Assembly (NCBI GenBank): GCA_040954595.2
Contig: CM082576.2
Span: forward strand, 8,745,129 to 8,809,128
DNA from: Balanoglossus misakiensis
Taxonomy: Eukaryota > Animalia > Hemichordata
Direction: 5' to 3'
Length of the DNA stretch: 64,000 nt
This document shows, piece after piece, positions 15,401 through 27,787 of this stretch. Position numbers and translations under genes: made by a program. The notes beneath the pieces are model-generated. The model made no database searches, was not told the DNA's origin, and worked only from the letters and a program-made list of their open reading frames with translations. Numbering within the stretch: position 1 is the stretch's first letter; the number at the start of each line of letters is the position of its first letter.

Positions 15401-18400
15401 GGTTTGGTTTACGTGTCTGCATCCAAAATAGAAATCGCATATTACGTCAGCCACGAAAAGTCCACAGGTCGTGGAAACGAACACACTTGTCTTATGAAAG
15501 TGACCTGAACCAGATTGACATACATAAAATGTATGATGTATACTAGAACATAAATGACAAAGTTAATTTTAACTGATGCTCCGACTGTAATGAAAGCTCC
15601 CTGGCTATCCTACAAAATAACTCTTGTATCCCATTATAGCATAGTAGTGATCATACAAAATAACTTTTGTATTTACGCATTATAATTGGCCTTGTTAATA
15701 AATTTAGAAGGCGCTAACTTTCATACAACGATCTACCACTAGGTCACCGTGACTCAACAAGCGTTATGTGGATAGGCTGGGCTTTCGAGACTCTTCAAAA
15801 AAATATTTTGAGTGTTGGTTATCAGTGTTTATGTATATATATATGGATTATTTAACTAACTGTTCCTGTTAGTTGTGCACACAGATATATTTGCATGGAC
15901 AACACAGACCCAGCTACATATGTTGCAGCACAAATCTGAAAATCCCTGATTATCAAATGGGGTGGCTGCCTGTCAGATTAGTCATTCTTTATGCAAGGCT
16001 TAAACCCCAATTTTACAAGACGGGTTAAACCAAATAAAGGGGTGGGAAGGTGTACCATATCCACCAATGATGACTACCTGTACATGTACAGCATCCTAAT
16101 AATTCCCTGTTTTATAATGAGACAAAAGATAAATTTCTGTCATACGTTTCATTATTTTGAAACTGACAACCATGGTATTATCTGTGTTCAAATTTTACTG
16201 TTGTTCTTTGGCATTTCTTTTGACTGTTTTATTGTTGTTTTGGACATAACTGATAATCTGCAAGAACAGCTGGAACTGTTTTCCCTCCACACAGCCACAA
16301 GCTTGTATCAAAGATTTCAGTAACTATCTTACAATTGGCAGAATGTTACATCCATATTAAAAAGGAATAAAGCAACAGCCATAGGATCTTTTTGGACATA
16401 CCATGAATTTCATTCCAACAGGGACAAGTTTCTTTGCCAAATGACTTCTCCATATGACCAGACCACCACATGTTACACAACGGATGCTGTAACACTTAGA
16501 GGCCGATTAGCTGCGTTCACAAATTTGCCAGTTCGAACTAAGGTTATGGCATGTTATTGTACTCACCCAGCGATGTGTAACTGTCTGTTATTTCACTTGA
16601 GCAAGTCATAGATGACATAGACAGTCGTCGTAAAGTCAAATAAATAAAATAGGAATGAATGCAGGACGAGAGCCAAGCATGGACACTGATACATGTAGCT
16701 TCACAGTAGCTGTGGGCATTACACATATGGGATGTACACATTTCTGAGCCAAAACACTGACGGAAAGAACATTGTCACAGGTATATGGTTTTACAACAGG
16801 AAATCTCACCAATTACAATAATTATCGCAACATTAATGTCCTTGGTACTCTCAGACTCACTTACAATTCCTCAGACATCACCATCCAGACAAAGTCCCCA
16901 GTAGTTTGCTCGGTTATGACCACAGGAACATTACCCAGCAATTTGTACACCATTATCACCGTATAAACGGCCGATAATGAAATGCAGTGACCACTTATCT
17001 CGTTAATCTTTCGACTTGAACTCGCCATCAAGACGGGGGATAGCATTTGACAACATGCGTGGAAATGGGATTCCACATAGCGACGGGAATCAAATTCCAC
17101 TCGGACGAAAATAGAAATGAGATGGCTTTGACCATGTTCATGAAGACAATTACATGTACATCACCGACCACAAGAAAATGACCCCCCCCCCCCCCCCTAG
17201 AAATAAATCAAGCAATCTCTCTCTCCCTCCCTCATTTCCCCTTCTCTCCCCCATATCTAAAGCCAACCATACATGAAAAGGCGAAGAATGTCAGGTTTGG
17301 GAACACTGGTAATGAAATGAAGTCTTCAAAAGATTTTAAAGACGGCTCGAGTTCATTTGTTTTCAGGAAGCAAATGTCACGTGGTTTTTACATGTCATTT
17401 TCGCCAATCGCAGACAAAATAGGGAAAAAAACTCGAACTGTTCTATGTACATCACTGAAAAAGTCAATTGGGATCTGGTGTCAATGGAACACACCTCGGA
17501 AGGTCTTCTCTCACAGGTTACAGCATACACGCACCTGCTGTGCACCTGCTTGGAGATTTCAAGCGCCAAAAGAATCTAGACCAAATGGAAGAAACCCCGT
17601 AAGAAAGACTGCATCATATCGTCAGCTCGCAGTCTGTTTTCCATTTCACGAAAACGATTCCGATTGCGCTGTAATCGACTCCGAAAGCTGTTTACAAGTG
17701 ATGAAAAACAACGGCCAAAACAATCATATCCTTTGCAATTTACCCGGCCACATACCTAGACCATCATTCCTGTACCTACAAGGCACAGAAGAAAGTAATA
17801 ACGGTCGTTGTCACATATTCTGATGTTCTTATGAAACGTGTGTGCCATGAAAGTAATCACCCATAAGTCCAGCCTATCGTTACCTAATATTGGCCCAGAT
17901 ATTAATGACCTAGAACACAGCTGATAACGTCACACACAACTTGAAATCCGTCCCAAGTGCAGTTGAACCAAGCCAGCTACATACAATTCATCATCGCAAG
18001 ACGTCTTCGCATTTCAACACACAATCCTTCAGTTATTTAGCTTGGTCTCAAATACGCAAGCTTTGTTGTTTTTTCCAATGGCATAAAAATTCCAGCGGCA
18101 GAGTTGCTCATTCATCTTTCTTTCATTTCTCTCCTCCGCCGCGTTCGCTCGGACGAGAAAACAGCTGCAGTCGGCTACAATTGTCTGTTTAAACAGCAGG
18201 CTGTCAACGACACATGACTTTCAAGAAAGTCTGATTTATGGAGCCACTCTCCGGGAGAGTTTAGATTGCTCTGCTCCGAGGGTAAGTTCACCTTAACATG
18301 ATTTGACGCCGTGAAACCAAATCCACACTCCGAGAAAGAGATGCCCCCGTCAGCTATGCTATGATATCCTCCAACTAATCTACGTCAGAGCGCACCATCC

Positions 18401-21182
18401 AGGGTTTCAGTAAATTCAACATCCATCATATCACAGCCACCACACGGATTTTTTAAATCACCGTGCGTGATAATTTCAATACAGATCCGTTACTTGACTT
18501 GGGAGAGCTTTCCATATGAGTTGACACCAGGGCGAGACTCGCACGCAAACACACTAGTTTTTCAGCCAGATGTACTTTTGACATGATCGTCTCTCACAAA
18601 AATAAACAAAACGAGAAAAACAGGAGCATGATGAGGCTGTCTTGACAGCTAACTCACTCCCAGGATTCAATGGGCTTGGCGATGTGAGGGCACTTTGAAT
18701 CACTCAAACCATAAATGAACCGGCTGTCTGTCACTTAAAATTCATCGTTCTATATTAATTTAGCAATGCAAAATTTGTCACGTCTCAGCAGTGTGTTTCA
18801 ACACAAGCAGACTCATCCTTGGCATGTTTGTTGATACATCACTTTTGGATGATGTGTCAATAATAAATTTCTGTTGTTTGCTTTGTGGGGGACGCTTGTT
18901 GAAAGAAATACATGTATTTCTTTTTAACAGTCAGGACACTGAAAAACCAAGTGGCCGTTCCTTCATTCAACACTGCCTTGAACTCACTTCCTTCTTCAAA
19001 CATGCACAAATGTAAACGGTTACAAATGCACATACCTCGGTATATTTTGTACATGCATGTATGTAAACATTTATACCAGGGGTATATGTACATGTACATC
19101 ATTTCACATATAAAATGTATGCACATGCGCACACATACAATTTGCATGTTTACAAGCTCTTGGGAATGATACTACCCTGAACGTAACACGACATTGACTT
19201 TTCCTCAGTTACTGAGCAAGTCCCCAAAAGCAAGTTGCAGAGCCATTAGGCTGTAACTGGAGTGGAAACTTAGCCTAACAAAGAGAACTATATGTAACGC
19301 TGTCAGAAAAATTACATTGAATTATGTTTTAAGCTCTGAAAAATTATCACCTCTGAAAGGAACACAACTGCAACAAGGCCAAATCAATAAAGGCACATTG
19401 ATTGAGCGATTCTTATGCAGAGTTGCGAATTATAGCAATAGATAATGGATCCATATATAGCACAATAATCTGTTTATTGCATATTTGATTGATTCACTTG
19501 TCTCCAGTTACACGTTAATATGAAAGCAGAGAGTGGGATTTCGTCAAAACAAGGAAGAGAGAAGTGGAAACACTGTAACTGAGAACAATTTTCTCAGTGC
19601 TGTATTCTTATGAAGTTGAAAATTCTCAAGTTATGTCACTACACAAATACAGTAAAATCTAGCAATCCCAGATTTCTTTTATCACAGATCTCTAGCTAAC
19701 TGACACACATTTCACCATCTACCTTTTCAAACCAGAACTTAATATTGAATATTAAATTTTCCTTATGCTAAAACAGCAGCGCACTGTGCGTTCTCCAAGT
19801 TCTACCATCAATACTTCTCTGCTGCACTGTCACCAATGCAAACTGGCTAATCTAATCTGGAGTGACAAAACCAATGGTTATATTTTAACTACACCCCAAT
19901 TTCATTTTGTAGGTTAACGGCCATCAAACTTCGCGGAGAATGGCTAAAGGCGTACAGTATATCACAAAAATGCATAAAAGGCACACAAAAATACATCATT
20001 ACCATAATCCAGTTGCTAATTCCACTCTACTATTTTATTCAATATTTTTGTTCTGTTATGGAAAATCAGTGACATCTCGCAAGTTACTCAAACATGTAGA
20101 TACACCTACATTAAATCGCAAGTTGTATTTGTACAATTAAAATTTCCACTTCTGGGAGCTAACCTTTGACCGGAACTGTTGCTAGGTAACTAGAAGTCCA
20201 TGCACTGTATCAGTAGCTTTTAATGCAATGCTGTAATCATTTCAGTTTAATAATCAGTATACCTGGCCCCATTATTCCAATATGATGTGCTACTGATGCA
20301 AAGAAATCTCTCTTCTCAAGTTCAGTTTGAGTATGTGGCACAGATGGATTCCAATATCATGAAGTAATGGCATACAAGTTATACACAGAGAGTGATTCAG
20401 CTCGCACTGTCATCACGAATGATGACGTTCATTTGATGACGTTTGTGGGAAAAGATGACTTTCCCGACTTTTCGGGTGTGGGTGTGTGTTGTCCAAAAGA
20501 AAGCTTGCGTAAACAAACAACATTCCCGATGTCCTTGCAGCGCCATAATTCAAAATACCGGCTTCCCAACCGAAACACCAACGTGGGGCCGGGCCAGGGT
20601 GGGCCAGGCCTGCGTGTAGGCGATTGAGAATGAGAGCTCCGATATTGAACGTTTCCCTTGTTCTTTCAATATGTAAACAAAGTCTCGCGAGGAAATCCCT
20701 GCTCAGTATCAAAACACGAACAGGATTTATATTACAAAAACTACAATCTACAGTAGCAAGTTAAAATCGGCATCAAGAGATCTGATGCCTGGTTTCACGC
20801 CAGAACGTGATGACGGTTGAAATTTGAAGAACTGTACGTACATGCCAAATGTTCCACTGTAAATCTTGCAATCAATGATGCACTCACCCCAAAAACTATC
20901 GTTCTTTTTGTCCAGATGTCTTCATTTAACGGTATTATTCCTCACGGACCCTGTACCCATTACAGGCTATTGCGTGACTGTTAAACTGCACTAAAATAAG
21001 AGCACGGAAAAGCGTCTACACGAGTACGAGAACACTCCAGCTTACTGGCTGGTACAGTCGCTCACCGGAATGTCCGGTATGTAATGTTTTCGTATCAGGA
21101 CGTAAGGTCAATCTGACGGCGTTCAGCAAAACGCAATCTTGGCGAGATGTGGCAACCACTCGAGAATATGCCCAGTCCTTAC

Positions 21183-21370
21183 CTTCTATGTGACTGTTGT
21201 GTAGATGGCTTTACATTGCTGCAGGTACGTAATAAACATCACAGAAATACATCTATTGCCTAGCCTACAACACCGCGCTGACCGCCATCTTGAATTTTTG
21301 TCACCCTGCCTACCTCTACCGACATGCACCACGGTAAACTTCCGCCAACTGCCCAGGTAACTTCCGCGTG
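21183..21370 (-). promoter_or_regulatory. Probable TTBK promoter and non-coding first exon (about 21183-21295)
   Basis: YY1-type CAAGATGGCGG at about 21282-21292, two ETS-type GCGGAAGT motifs near 21340 and 21360, donor AAG|gtaagg at 21183/21182, CpG-rich context. Confidence 0.6.
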
Positions 21371-21561
21371 CACAGCTCAACGAAACGGACATCAGATGGA
21401 TGTCCATTTCACCGAGGAAAGCTAAACAAATCTTGGTTGGTTTAAGCTATCATGCAGCGAAACGCAAAGGAAACCTGCCATAAAATGGTGGAAATTATCA
21501 AAACAGTGAAATTCTGTAGCAAAATCTATCAAATACACAACACACGCTGCATGTGTACAAC

Positions 21562-22205
21562 TTGCTGCAGTTTGCAGCCCCTCCATCTCCCCTGGACGAT
21601 TTTTGGTTTTGCGGGGAGAGGGCGGGGCTGCAGGTCCCAGCTATTCTAAACCGCATAACGAGCGACCGGGATTAGGGCCCGGAGCGAACTTCTACACTCC
21701 AGACGTCTCCAGTCCACAATTTTCCACAAATTTTTCGCCAAATCGGTCCCGGAACCCATTCAGCGCTTACCTGGCAAAGGATGTCGCGGTATTTGTCGAT
21801 TTTGCCTACGTTTTCCCCAGTTATTCAACTTCGATCGTCAATGGGTTTCAAAACAGCCGCCATCTTGACTTGTATATTTCATGGGTCAAGTATACAAGTC
21901 AAGATGGCGGCTGTTTTGAAACCCATTGACGATCGAAGTTGAATAACTGGGGAAAACGTTGGCAAAATCGACAAATACCGCGACATCCTTTGCCAGGTAA
22001 GCGCTGAATGGGTTCCGGGACCGATTTGGCGAAAAATTTGTGGAAAATTGTGGACTGGAGACGTCTGGAGTGTAGAAGTTCGCTCCGGGCCCTAATCCCG
22101 GTCGCTCGTTATGCGGTTTAGAATAGCTGGGACCTGCAGCCCCGCCCTCTCCCCGCAAAACCAAAAATCGTCCAGGGGAGATGGAGGGGCTGCAAACTGC
22201 AGCAA
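21562..22205. mobile_element. Non-autonomous foldback-type DNA transposon: 315-bp inverted arms, 14-bp spacer, 9-bp TSD GTGTACAAC
   Basis: 21562-21876 is the reverse complement of 21891-22205 with one substitution. GTGTACAAC occurs as a direct repeat at 21553-21561 and 22206-22214. The superfamily (MULE/Foldback or AcademH-like) is inferred from long TIRs plus a 9-bp TSD. Confidence 0.85.
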
Positions 22206-22453
22206 GTGTACAACAAGATCCAAGAAAATGACATGTATAGCAAACCGGATATTGAATTTTGAAACTTGATTTCATTCATTTTATGGAATTTAGACCATAA
22301 ATACCATGTCTGCGTTGGTGGAAATGAACAATTTAACTTTTCTTTCAAAAATCTGAATTCTATGGAAAATGCCGACAAATCATACTTAGATCACCCAAGT
22401 TCTCCAATATCACAATAATGACAAAGTATACCCATGGTCATATTTTAAAGATA

Positions 22454-22459
22454 TTTATT
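22454..22459 (-). terminator. Candidate polyadenylation signal AATAAA of VTI1B
   Basis: TTTATT on the plus strand about 860 nt downstream of the VTI1B stop. Confidence 0.45.
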
Positions 22460-23316
22460 TACAAAAGATGATGATCCAGAGCCGACATTCATTAAAAAGT
22501 CATATTACATTAACTTTTGTTTACAACCGAAATAAAATAGCAAACTTGTTGAAAAGGGAGGCACTATACATATTACCAGCAATATTAGTTTCTCTTGTGT
22601 TTTGACCAACGCACAAGGGGTTACCGCGATCAAGTCACTTCTTTTTCTTTTGCTCCAAGGATGACGATTGCGCTGGGGCACTCTAATGGTGTCATTTGGG
22701 TGAAAGATCGTGCAGAAAGTATGTACAACTTTTGTGATACAGAGGAGACACTGTAGACGCTAACAAACACAATTCTCTCCCCCCCCCCCACCCCATCCCC
22801 AATGCAAACAAAGGTTATATTCGTCGTTGGTGGCGCTCTCCATTTTATGACTCTCCCATCAATATTCCAACCCCACCCTTCCACACACACTAATAAGTTT
22901 CCTAATTTATTATCAAACATTTGCTTTGATAATACTGAAACTGATCATTCATACTACATCAGTCGTACTGATGCATGTCCAGGCTTATATCACAAAATGT
23001 ACAAGACTTGAAATTTGTACACAACTCGGTTGTATAATACACTGCATGTAGATTTATGCAAACAAATCTGCCATGTAATCAGAGATTGCTCATAGTGGCA
23101 ACAAGATTTTCGTTAACACAGTTGTAGTTGTCACATGGCACCGGGGACTGTCTGCCCAGAATATTTTTCTGCATCAAAACAAAAATCCAACAGTCTATTT
23201 CTGCTGCACGATATGTCTGACGCAAGCCGATTTCTGTCACAACGGTTGACACAAGAGCAAGATGGCTTGATTGTAAGAACTCTGAATGTCTGTAGTGTCT
23301 GATAGCTGTAAATGTT

Positions 23317-23407
23317 TCATTTGCGCAACTTCAGGTAGAGAACGGCCCCCAGTATTGCCAGCTCCAACAAGATGATGATTCCAAGCAGCAATTTGTTGGT
23401 TATTAGC
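23317..23407 (-). CDS. VTI1B: VTI1B exon 7 (TM anchor, stop)
   Basis: RLITNKLLLGIIILLELAILGAVLYLKLRK*; acceptor ttttcag. Confidence 0.95.
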
Positions 23408-23573
23408 CTGAAAAAGAGGCAAATACATAAATAGCCAGGGTGAGTTGATATGAGAAGAGTTTCACAAACATTTTCAATGAAGTCAAGGTGAAGGTTGGCT
23501 AGGCAAGAAAATGGTACCAATGGTGTATACGTATTGTGTCTGTTTGTAACAAAGAAAATCTGTAAGGACTCAC

Positions 23574-23635
23574 CGTCTGCCCATAGAATTCAATATTTTT
23601 CGACTTCTACTGAGTTGCGAGTCCATGCCTTGTAC
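23574..23635 (-). CDS. VTI1B: VTI1B exon 6 (VQGMDSQLSRSRKILNSMGRR)
   Basis: 62 nt, AG/GT boundaries, phase 0/2. Confidence 0.93.
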
Positions 23636-23771
23636 CTGAAACACAGAACTTTACTTCAGACACACCAAGAGTATTCGTACAGATGTTATTGACAGAAATT
23701 GTGGCTTATTGGTGTGTATCACAACCTTGTACATATGTAGACAACGACATCCTCATATGACAAATATTTAC

Positions 23772-23945
23772 CCTGTCTCTTGTCCTCACTAATTGCTCTT
23801 TTTGCCCTCCAAGTTCATCTATGATTTCCACACCCACAGCATCTGTTTCTGCCGCAATTCTGTGGGATCTTTCAATGCTATCCGATGCTCTCTGCAGTGT
23901 ATCTGTACCTTGCAAAAGTCTGGCTCTCTGCGATGCTTGTATTGC
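23772..23945 (-). CDS. VTI1B: VTI1B exon 5 (SNARE motif)
   Basis: 174 nt, AIQASQRARLLQGTDTLQRASDSIERSHRIAAETD...VRTRDR. Confidence 0.95.
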
Positions 23946-24049
23946 CTGGAGAAAAAAAACAGTAAACAGAGAGAGAGAGCTCAGAAGAGAAAGAAAACAC
24001 TTGGATAATTTTCATTTCATGCCTAAAATGTCACTGAAATAGAGATACA

Positions 24050-24080
<31 letters not shown>

Positions 24081-24099
24081 GTGGTGGTGATGGTGGTGG
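24050..24099. repeat. (GAT)n-(GGT)n microsatellite
   Basis: Read directly; lies in VTI1B intron 4. Confidence 0.9.
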
Positions 24100-24268
24100 C
24101 AGTGATGATACATTTGTAGGATAGAAGTGATGATGGTGAGCTCTACTGCTTTTCCTGTTCAGATACCCATGCATTAAACATAAAACGATATTTGCAAAAT
24201 GCTGTGTGAAAGCGACATTACCGCTCACACTGAAATAACAGTACTTGACTGTCAATACTGGTACTTAC

Positions 24269-24346
24269 CGCTACATCACTACCACTGTCGTATATACCGG
24301 TCGACAGCGACGGATCCCTGCCCCCAGCGCCTGTGGGAATGTTTCT
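24269..24346 (-). CDS. VTI1B: VTI1B exon 4 (linker RNIPTGAGGRDPSLSTGIYDSGSDVA)
   Basis: 78 nt, acceptor ttgcag, donor gtaagt, phase 0/0; GGR..GIY linker similarity. Confidence 0.85.
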
Positions 24347-24581
24347 CTGCAATAATCAGAAGAGAGATGATGATGTGAATAAAGATTGTCAAGAAGGACA
24401 CACTAAGGATGATTACGAGTAAAAATGACATCCTCGAGGAGAAAAGTTACTGACAGTACCTGTCTAAGTCTGGAGCTTAAAACTGAGAAACTCATCACAT
24501 ATTGCATGCTACTTTAATAAACTAGTGATTGTAAGCAGTATGAATGACAAACGTGAAACGAATATTCTAAATGCGACTCAC

Positions 24582-24692
24582 CAATTCTCTCTGTAATTTT
24601 TCCAGATCTTTTCTGTGATTTCTGATTTTGCCAATTAGGTTCACTCGATAGCTGCCTGGAGCATGTTTTAGCTCTTCTTCCATTTCTTGAAG
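24582..24692 (-). CDS. VTI1B: VTI1B exon 3 (LQEMEEELKHAPGSYR...LEKLQREL)
   Basis: 111 nt, Habc helices; donor gtgagt. Confidence 0.95.
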
Positions 24693-25810
24693 CTGTAGAG
24701 GGAAAGTTAAAACAGATGCAAGGGGTGCTTCTACTGAACAAATAAGTAATCTGCATAACATCAACAGTATCTTGCATCAAACATAATTACTGGATAAAGC
24801 CGCAGTGAGAGATAAAGGGCTTTCTCACGTGAAATGATTAGGGCGCCCTTTTCGGGATTATAAAAGTTGGCAAACATTTCTTATCAGCGACTCAAATAGT
24901 TTTGCATTCACATGTGTATAAAAGGGACGGGATCACCGCACTCAATGCGTCCACAGCAGAGTGGCTAAAGGTCACAATGGCGGATTCAGTGATGTGTTTA
25001 CTGTATATGTAGCTCTGGACTTATACCCAAACAGCGTATACCGTAATCTATCCTTCGGTTCGACCAGGAAAAAATAATTATTCTTTACAAAAAGATGAAA
25101 CAATGGGGGTAAAAATGAGTCAAAGTGCCAGAAGGACCCCCTCGGACATTTATGCAAATTAGGTTCAAATAGGCTTCATGGTGCGATTGAAAATCAAGGA
25201 CACATTTCGCCACTTGTCCCATTTGTTGTTCCACATCAAATAAATGGAAGATCCGAGAAAATCCACACTTTTCCAGTTTTTGTACAGTCATCCTATAAGT
25301 ATAAGCGCTTCTACGGTACCGCCTGTGAGTCTTACAGCTTTGAAACCAGTGCGTAATATACTAGTAGCATGACTCCATGCTAGTAGTAAAAGCATACCGG
25401 GATGTGGGAACGCTTTGAGTTGGTCCCTTGGGACAAAGACGTTTTTAATTTATTCACGCACAGGGATGTATTTTTAGCCAGACAATGGCAAGACCTAGTT
25501 GCCTAGCAATTATCACCATGAACTTTGCTACAAGTTTCACTACCACTTCCACTGGGCGTCTCAATTTTTTCAGCAGAGCCCCAGCTGCAGTAAGTTCCGA
25601 CTACCTCAAGGCTTTGCCTGTAGGTTTTGGGGCTCCTCATTTTACTGATGACCATCAGCAACAAGGCAAATTGACCGTTGACTAAGCAAGGTGCTAAACA
25701 TCGCTCTTTTCAGAGGGGTAATTTTACATGCAAGCTCATTAGAAACTGCCACTTGTATCCCCTCAAACCGCGTCGGCAGAGTGCGTTTAGATCGGCGTTT
25801 AGTGCGGTGT

Positions 25811-25995
25811 TTCTGTTCACACGTGATTTGAATCGCTGTTTAGTGCGGCGCCCCGACCCAGGTCCCACCCCTCAACACCGTCACAAAAAAAGAGCGGCGC
25901 AGGGCCGCTCTCACCTTTTCACACGTGGCACTTACAAATTAACGCCGCCCTAGCACCGCCGCTGGGGCGGCGTTGACGGCACGTGAGAAAGGGGT
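25811..25995. mobile_element. Probable end of a MITE (PIF/Harbinger-like) with nested hairpins
   Basis: Repeated TTC(A/T)CACGTG motifs, an imperfect palindrome at 25913-25995 and a hairpin at 25891-25911. A possible partner TIR CTTTCTCACGTG lies at 24820-24831. Confidence 0.45.
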
Positions 25996-26065
25996 AATAG
26001 ACTTTGTCCCTTTAAAGGTTTACATTTCACTCAAATTTATCCTATTACATTTAAAGTGTGCTTAC

Positions 26066-26124
26066 CACAATGTATCCATTTTCAAAGCCCCTTTCACATT
26101 CTCTGATCATACGTTTTCTTTCTT
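26066..26124 (-). CDS. VTI1B: VTI1B exon 2 (EERKRMIRECERGFENGYIV)
   Basis: 59 nt, acceptor cttgtag, donor gtaagc, phase 1/0 bridges exons 1 and 3. Confidence 0.88.
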
Positions 26125-26585
26125 CTACAAGAATACAAAATAAGACACGATCAATCATTGTTGATAGGTACATATATGTTGAACTTTCAAATAAGACTCA
26201 GTCTGATCATGTCCATGTACACCCACATCATTACAGATCCTTGTCCAGAGACCTAGACAATACCCTCCTCCACACAGAACCACGATTGTACAAAGACTCT
26301 TACTTCTTCTGCATTTCCCCAACTGGGCCAGGCTGCACCCCGCAAATGATGATGCTGGAGCTCAGCTGTTCTTTCTATGCTTCGTAAGAAATTTGGGAAT
26401 GGGATAAACTGACAGTCGGGGATGACAGTCGAGAAGCCATGGGTTACCGCGTCACTGATTTGACGCGTCTGTCGACTTCTTCTTCACAGCCAAGGTTAGT
26501 GGTGGACGGTGAGTACGCCATTTTAACACAGCGTCATGTGATAACAGTCATTCAAGAGGTAGTATGTGAATATAGATATACCTAC

Positions 26586-26685
26586 CTCCGCTGCATGTTG
26601 GGATCCTGTCGTGAATTTTTGATTTGATTGTCAAGTACAAGTCTTTAAATTCTTCTTCGTGGCTTTCAAACTGTTCCGAAGACAT
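26586..26685 (-). CDS. VTI1B: VTI1B exon 1 (MSSEQFESHEEEFKDLYLTIKSKIHDRIPTCSG)
   Basis: SSE.FE start motif; donor gtaggt; ETS-like CAGGAAGTG about 70 nt upstream. Confidence 0.9.
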
Positions 26686-26837
26686 TATTTTGCCGTCTTC
26701 GACGTCCCAGGGGCCAAGGTGCACGTAAACACGAAATCAAATGGCTGTCCACTTCCTGGTTTTGTCGCCCTCAACGACAAAAATCTAACACAAAGGCCTC
26801 TTTCGTTGGGATGAGCCCGATCGATGTGGTTGTTCTC

Positions 26838-26930
26838 GAATGAATGAATGAATGAATGAATGAATGAATGAATGAATGAATGAATGAATGAATGGACGGA
26901 CGGATGGTTGGGTGGATGGATGGATGGATG
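26838..26930. repeat. (GAAT)n followed by (GGAC/GGAT)n microsatellite, upstream of VTI1B
   Basis: Read directly. Confidence 0.95.
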
Positions 26931-27686
26931 ACAGCGCACTGTACAAATTATATACGACTTTACACACAATTCAATTGTTTAAAATAAGTATAGGATTGCA
27001 CCAATTATTTACATAAGATATGTTTTCATCTTCATATGTTCAGGACTCTTCGTCAAAAATACTAGGATTAAATAACTATTTACAAGAAATTTGACTTGTT
27101 TGAAATACCCAGATATATCATAATTTTTATCTCTCACTGACTTACACCTAGTCCCTTATAAGAGTGTGATGTGAGTGTTGCGAAAGGAGTGGAGAAATCA
27201 GCAGATCCACACACTTGCAGATCTCAAACGATTCCAGCAAGTATGTGCAAGGTTGTAGTCTTAGGCGGACACAATTTTGACTTTGAGCTACAGCCCACCT
27301 TCACCTGATAATTGTTTTCATATACATGTGTAATTAATTAATTCATTAAATATCATACAGCCCACGTAACCACAAAGCCTTGAATCTATAAGAATGTCGT
27401 AATATAATGGACGAACACGTTTATGTGTGCACTTGTCGGGATAGCTCAGTTCCAACAGCGTTTTCTATACATGTACATGTATCACCATATTGTCACGTCC
27501 CTTGATGCAACTGCAATATTCAAATGTAAATGGAAAGATGTGCTTCAATTGTTCATTCGCCAATCCGTGCATCTTCCATAACTTATTTCACTTTCATCGA
27601 TTCAGACAGCTGTACAGTTGCAGTCAGACAGACACCCCTTCAAAGATGTGTCGCAATCCCAATATTTGGATTCCCACGTGTCCGCT

Positions 27687-27787
27687 TCAATGACACATGC
27701 AGTTATTGTAGTTGCTCTGGCAGCCGGTCCACCGATCCTCGCAGTAGTTCAAGTTGAGGTCGCAAATGGCCAAGTTCAGCGATTCGT
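27687..27787 (-). CDS. Orphan type II membrane protein, exon 3 (Cys-heptad C-terminus DESLNLAICDLNLNYCEDRWTGCQSNYNNCMCH*)
   Basis: Acceptor ttctatatcaacag, phase 1 matches the exon 2 donor; C-ending codon bias; not in the ORF track. Confidence 0.65.

Larger units (their letters stand above)
23317..26685 (-). other. VTI1B: Gene span: vesicle transport through interaction with t-SNAREs 1B (Qb-SNARE), 224 aa. CDS join (minus): 26586-26685, 26066-26124, 24582-24692, 24269-24346, 23772-23945, 23574-23635, 23317-23407
   Basis: The seven exons total 675 nt. Habc N-terminus (EMEEELKHAP), SNARE motif (SIERSHRIAAETDAVGVEIIDELGGQKEQL) and C-terminal TM (TNKLLLGIIILLELAILGAVLY) closely resemble vertebrate VTI1B. 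Confidence 0.95.

Noticed and set aside
21603-22275. Mirror-image ORFs of 108 aa and 129 aa with near-identical sequence
   Set aside because: A by-product of the palindrome; non-ATG or weak starts and no recognisable transposase or other motifs.
27436-27452. GGGATAGCTCAGTT, resembling a tRNA 5' end / A box
   Set aside because: No B box, T-loop or cloverleaf follows.
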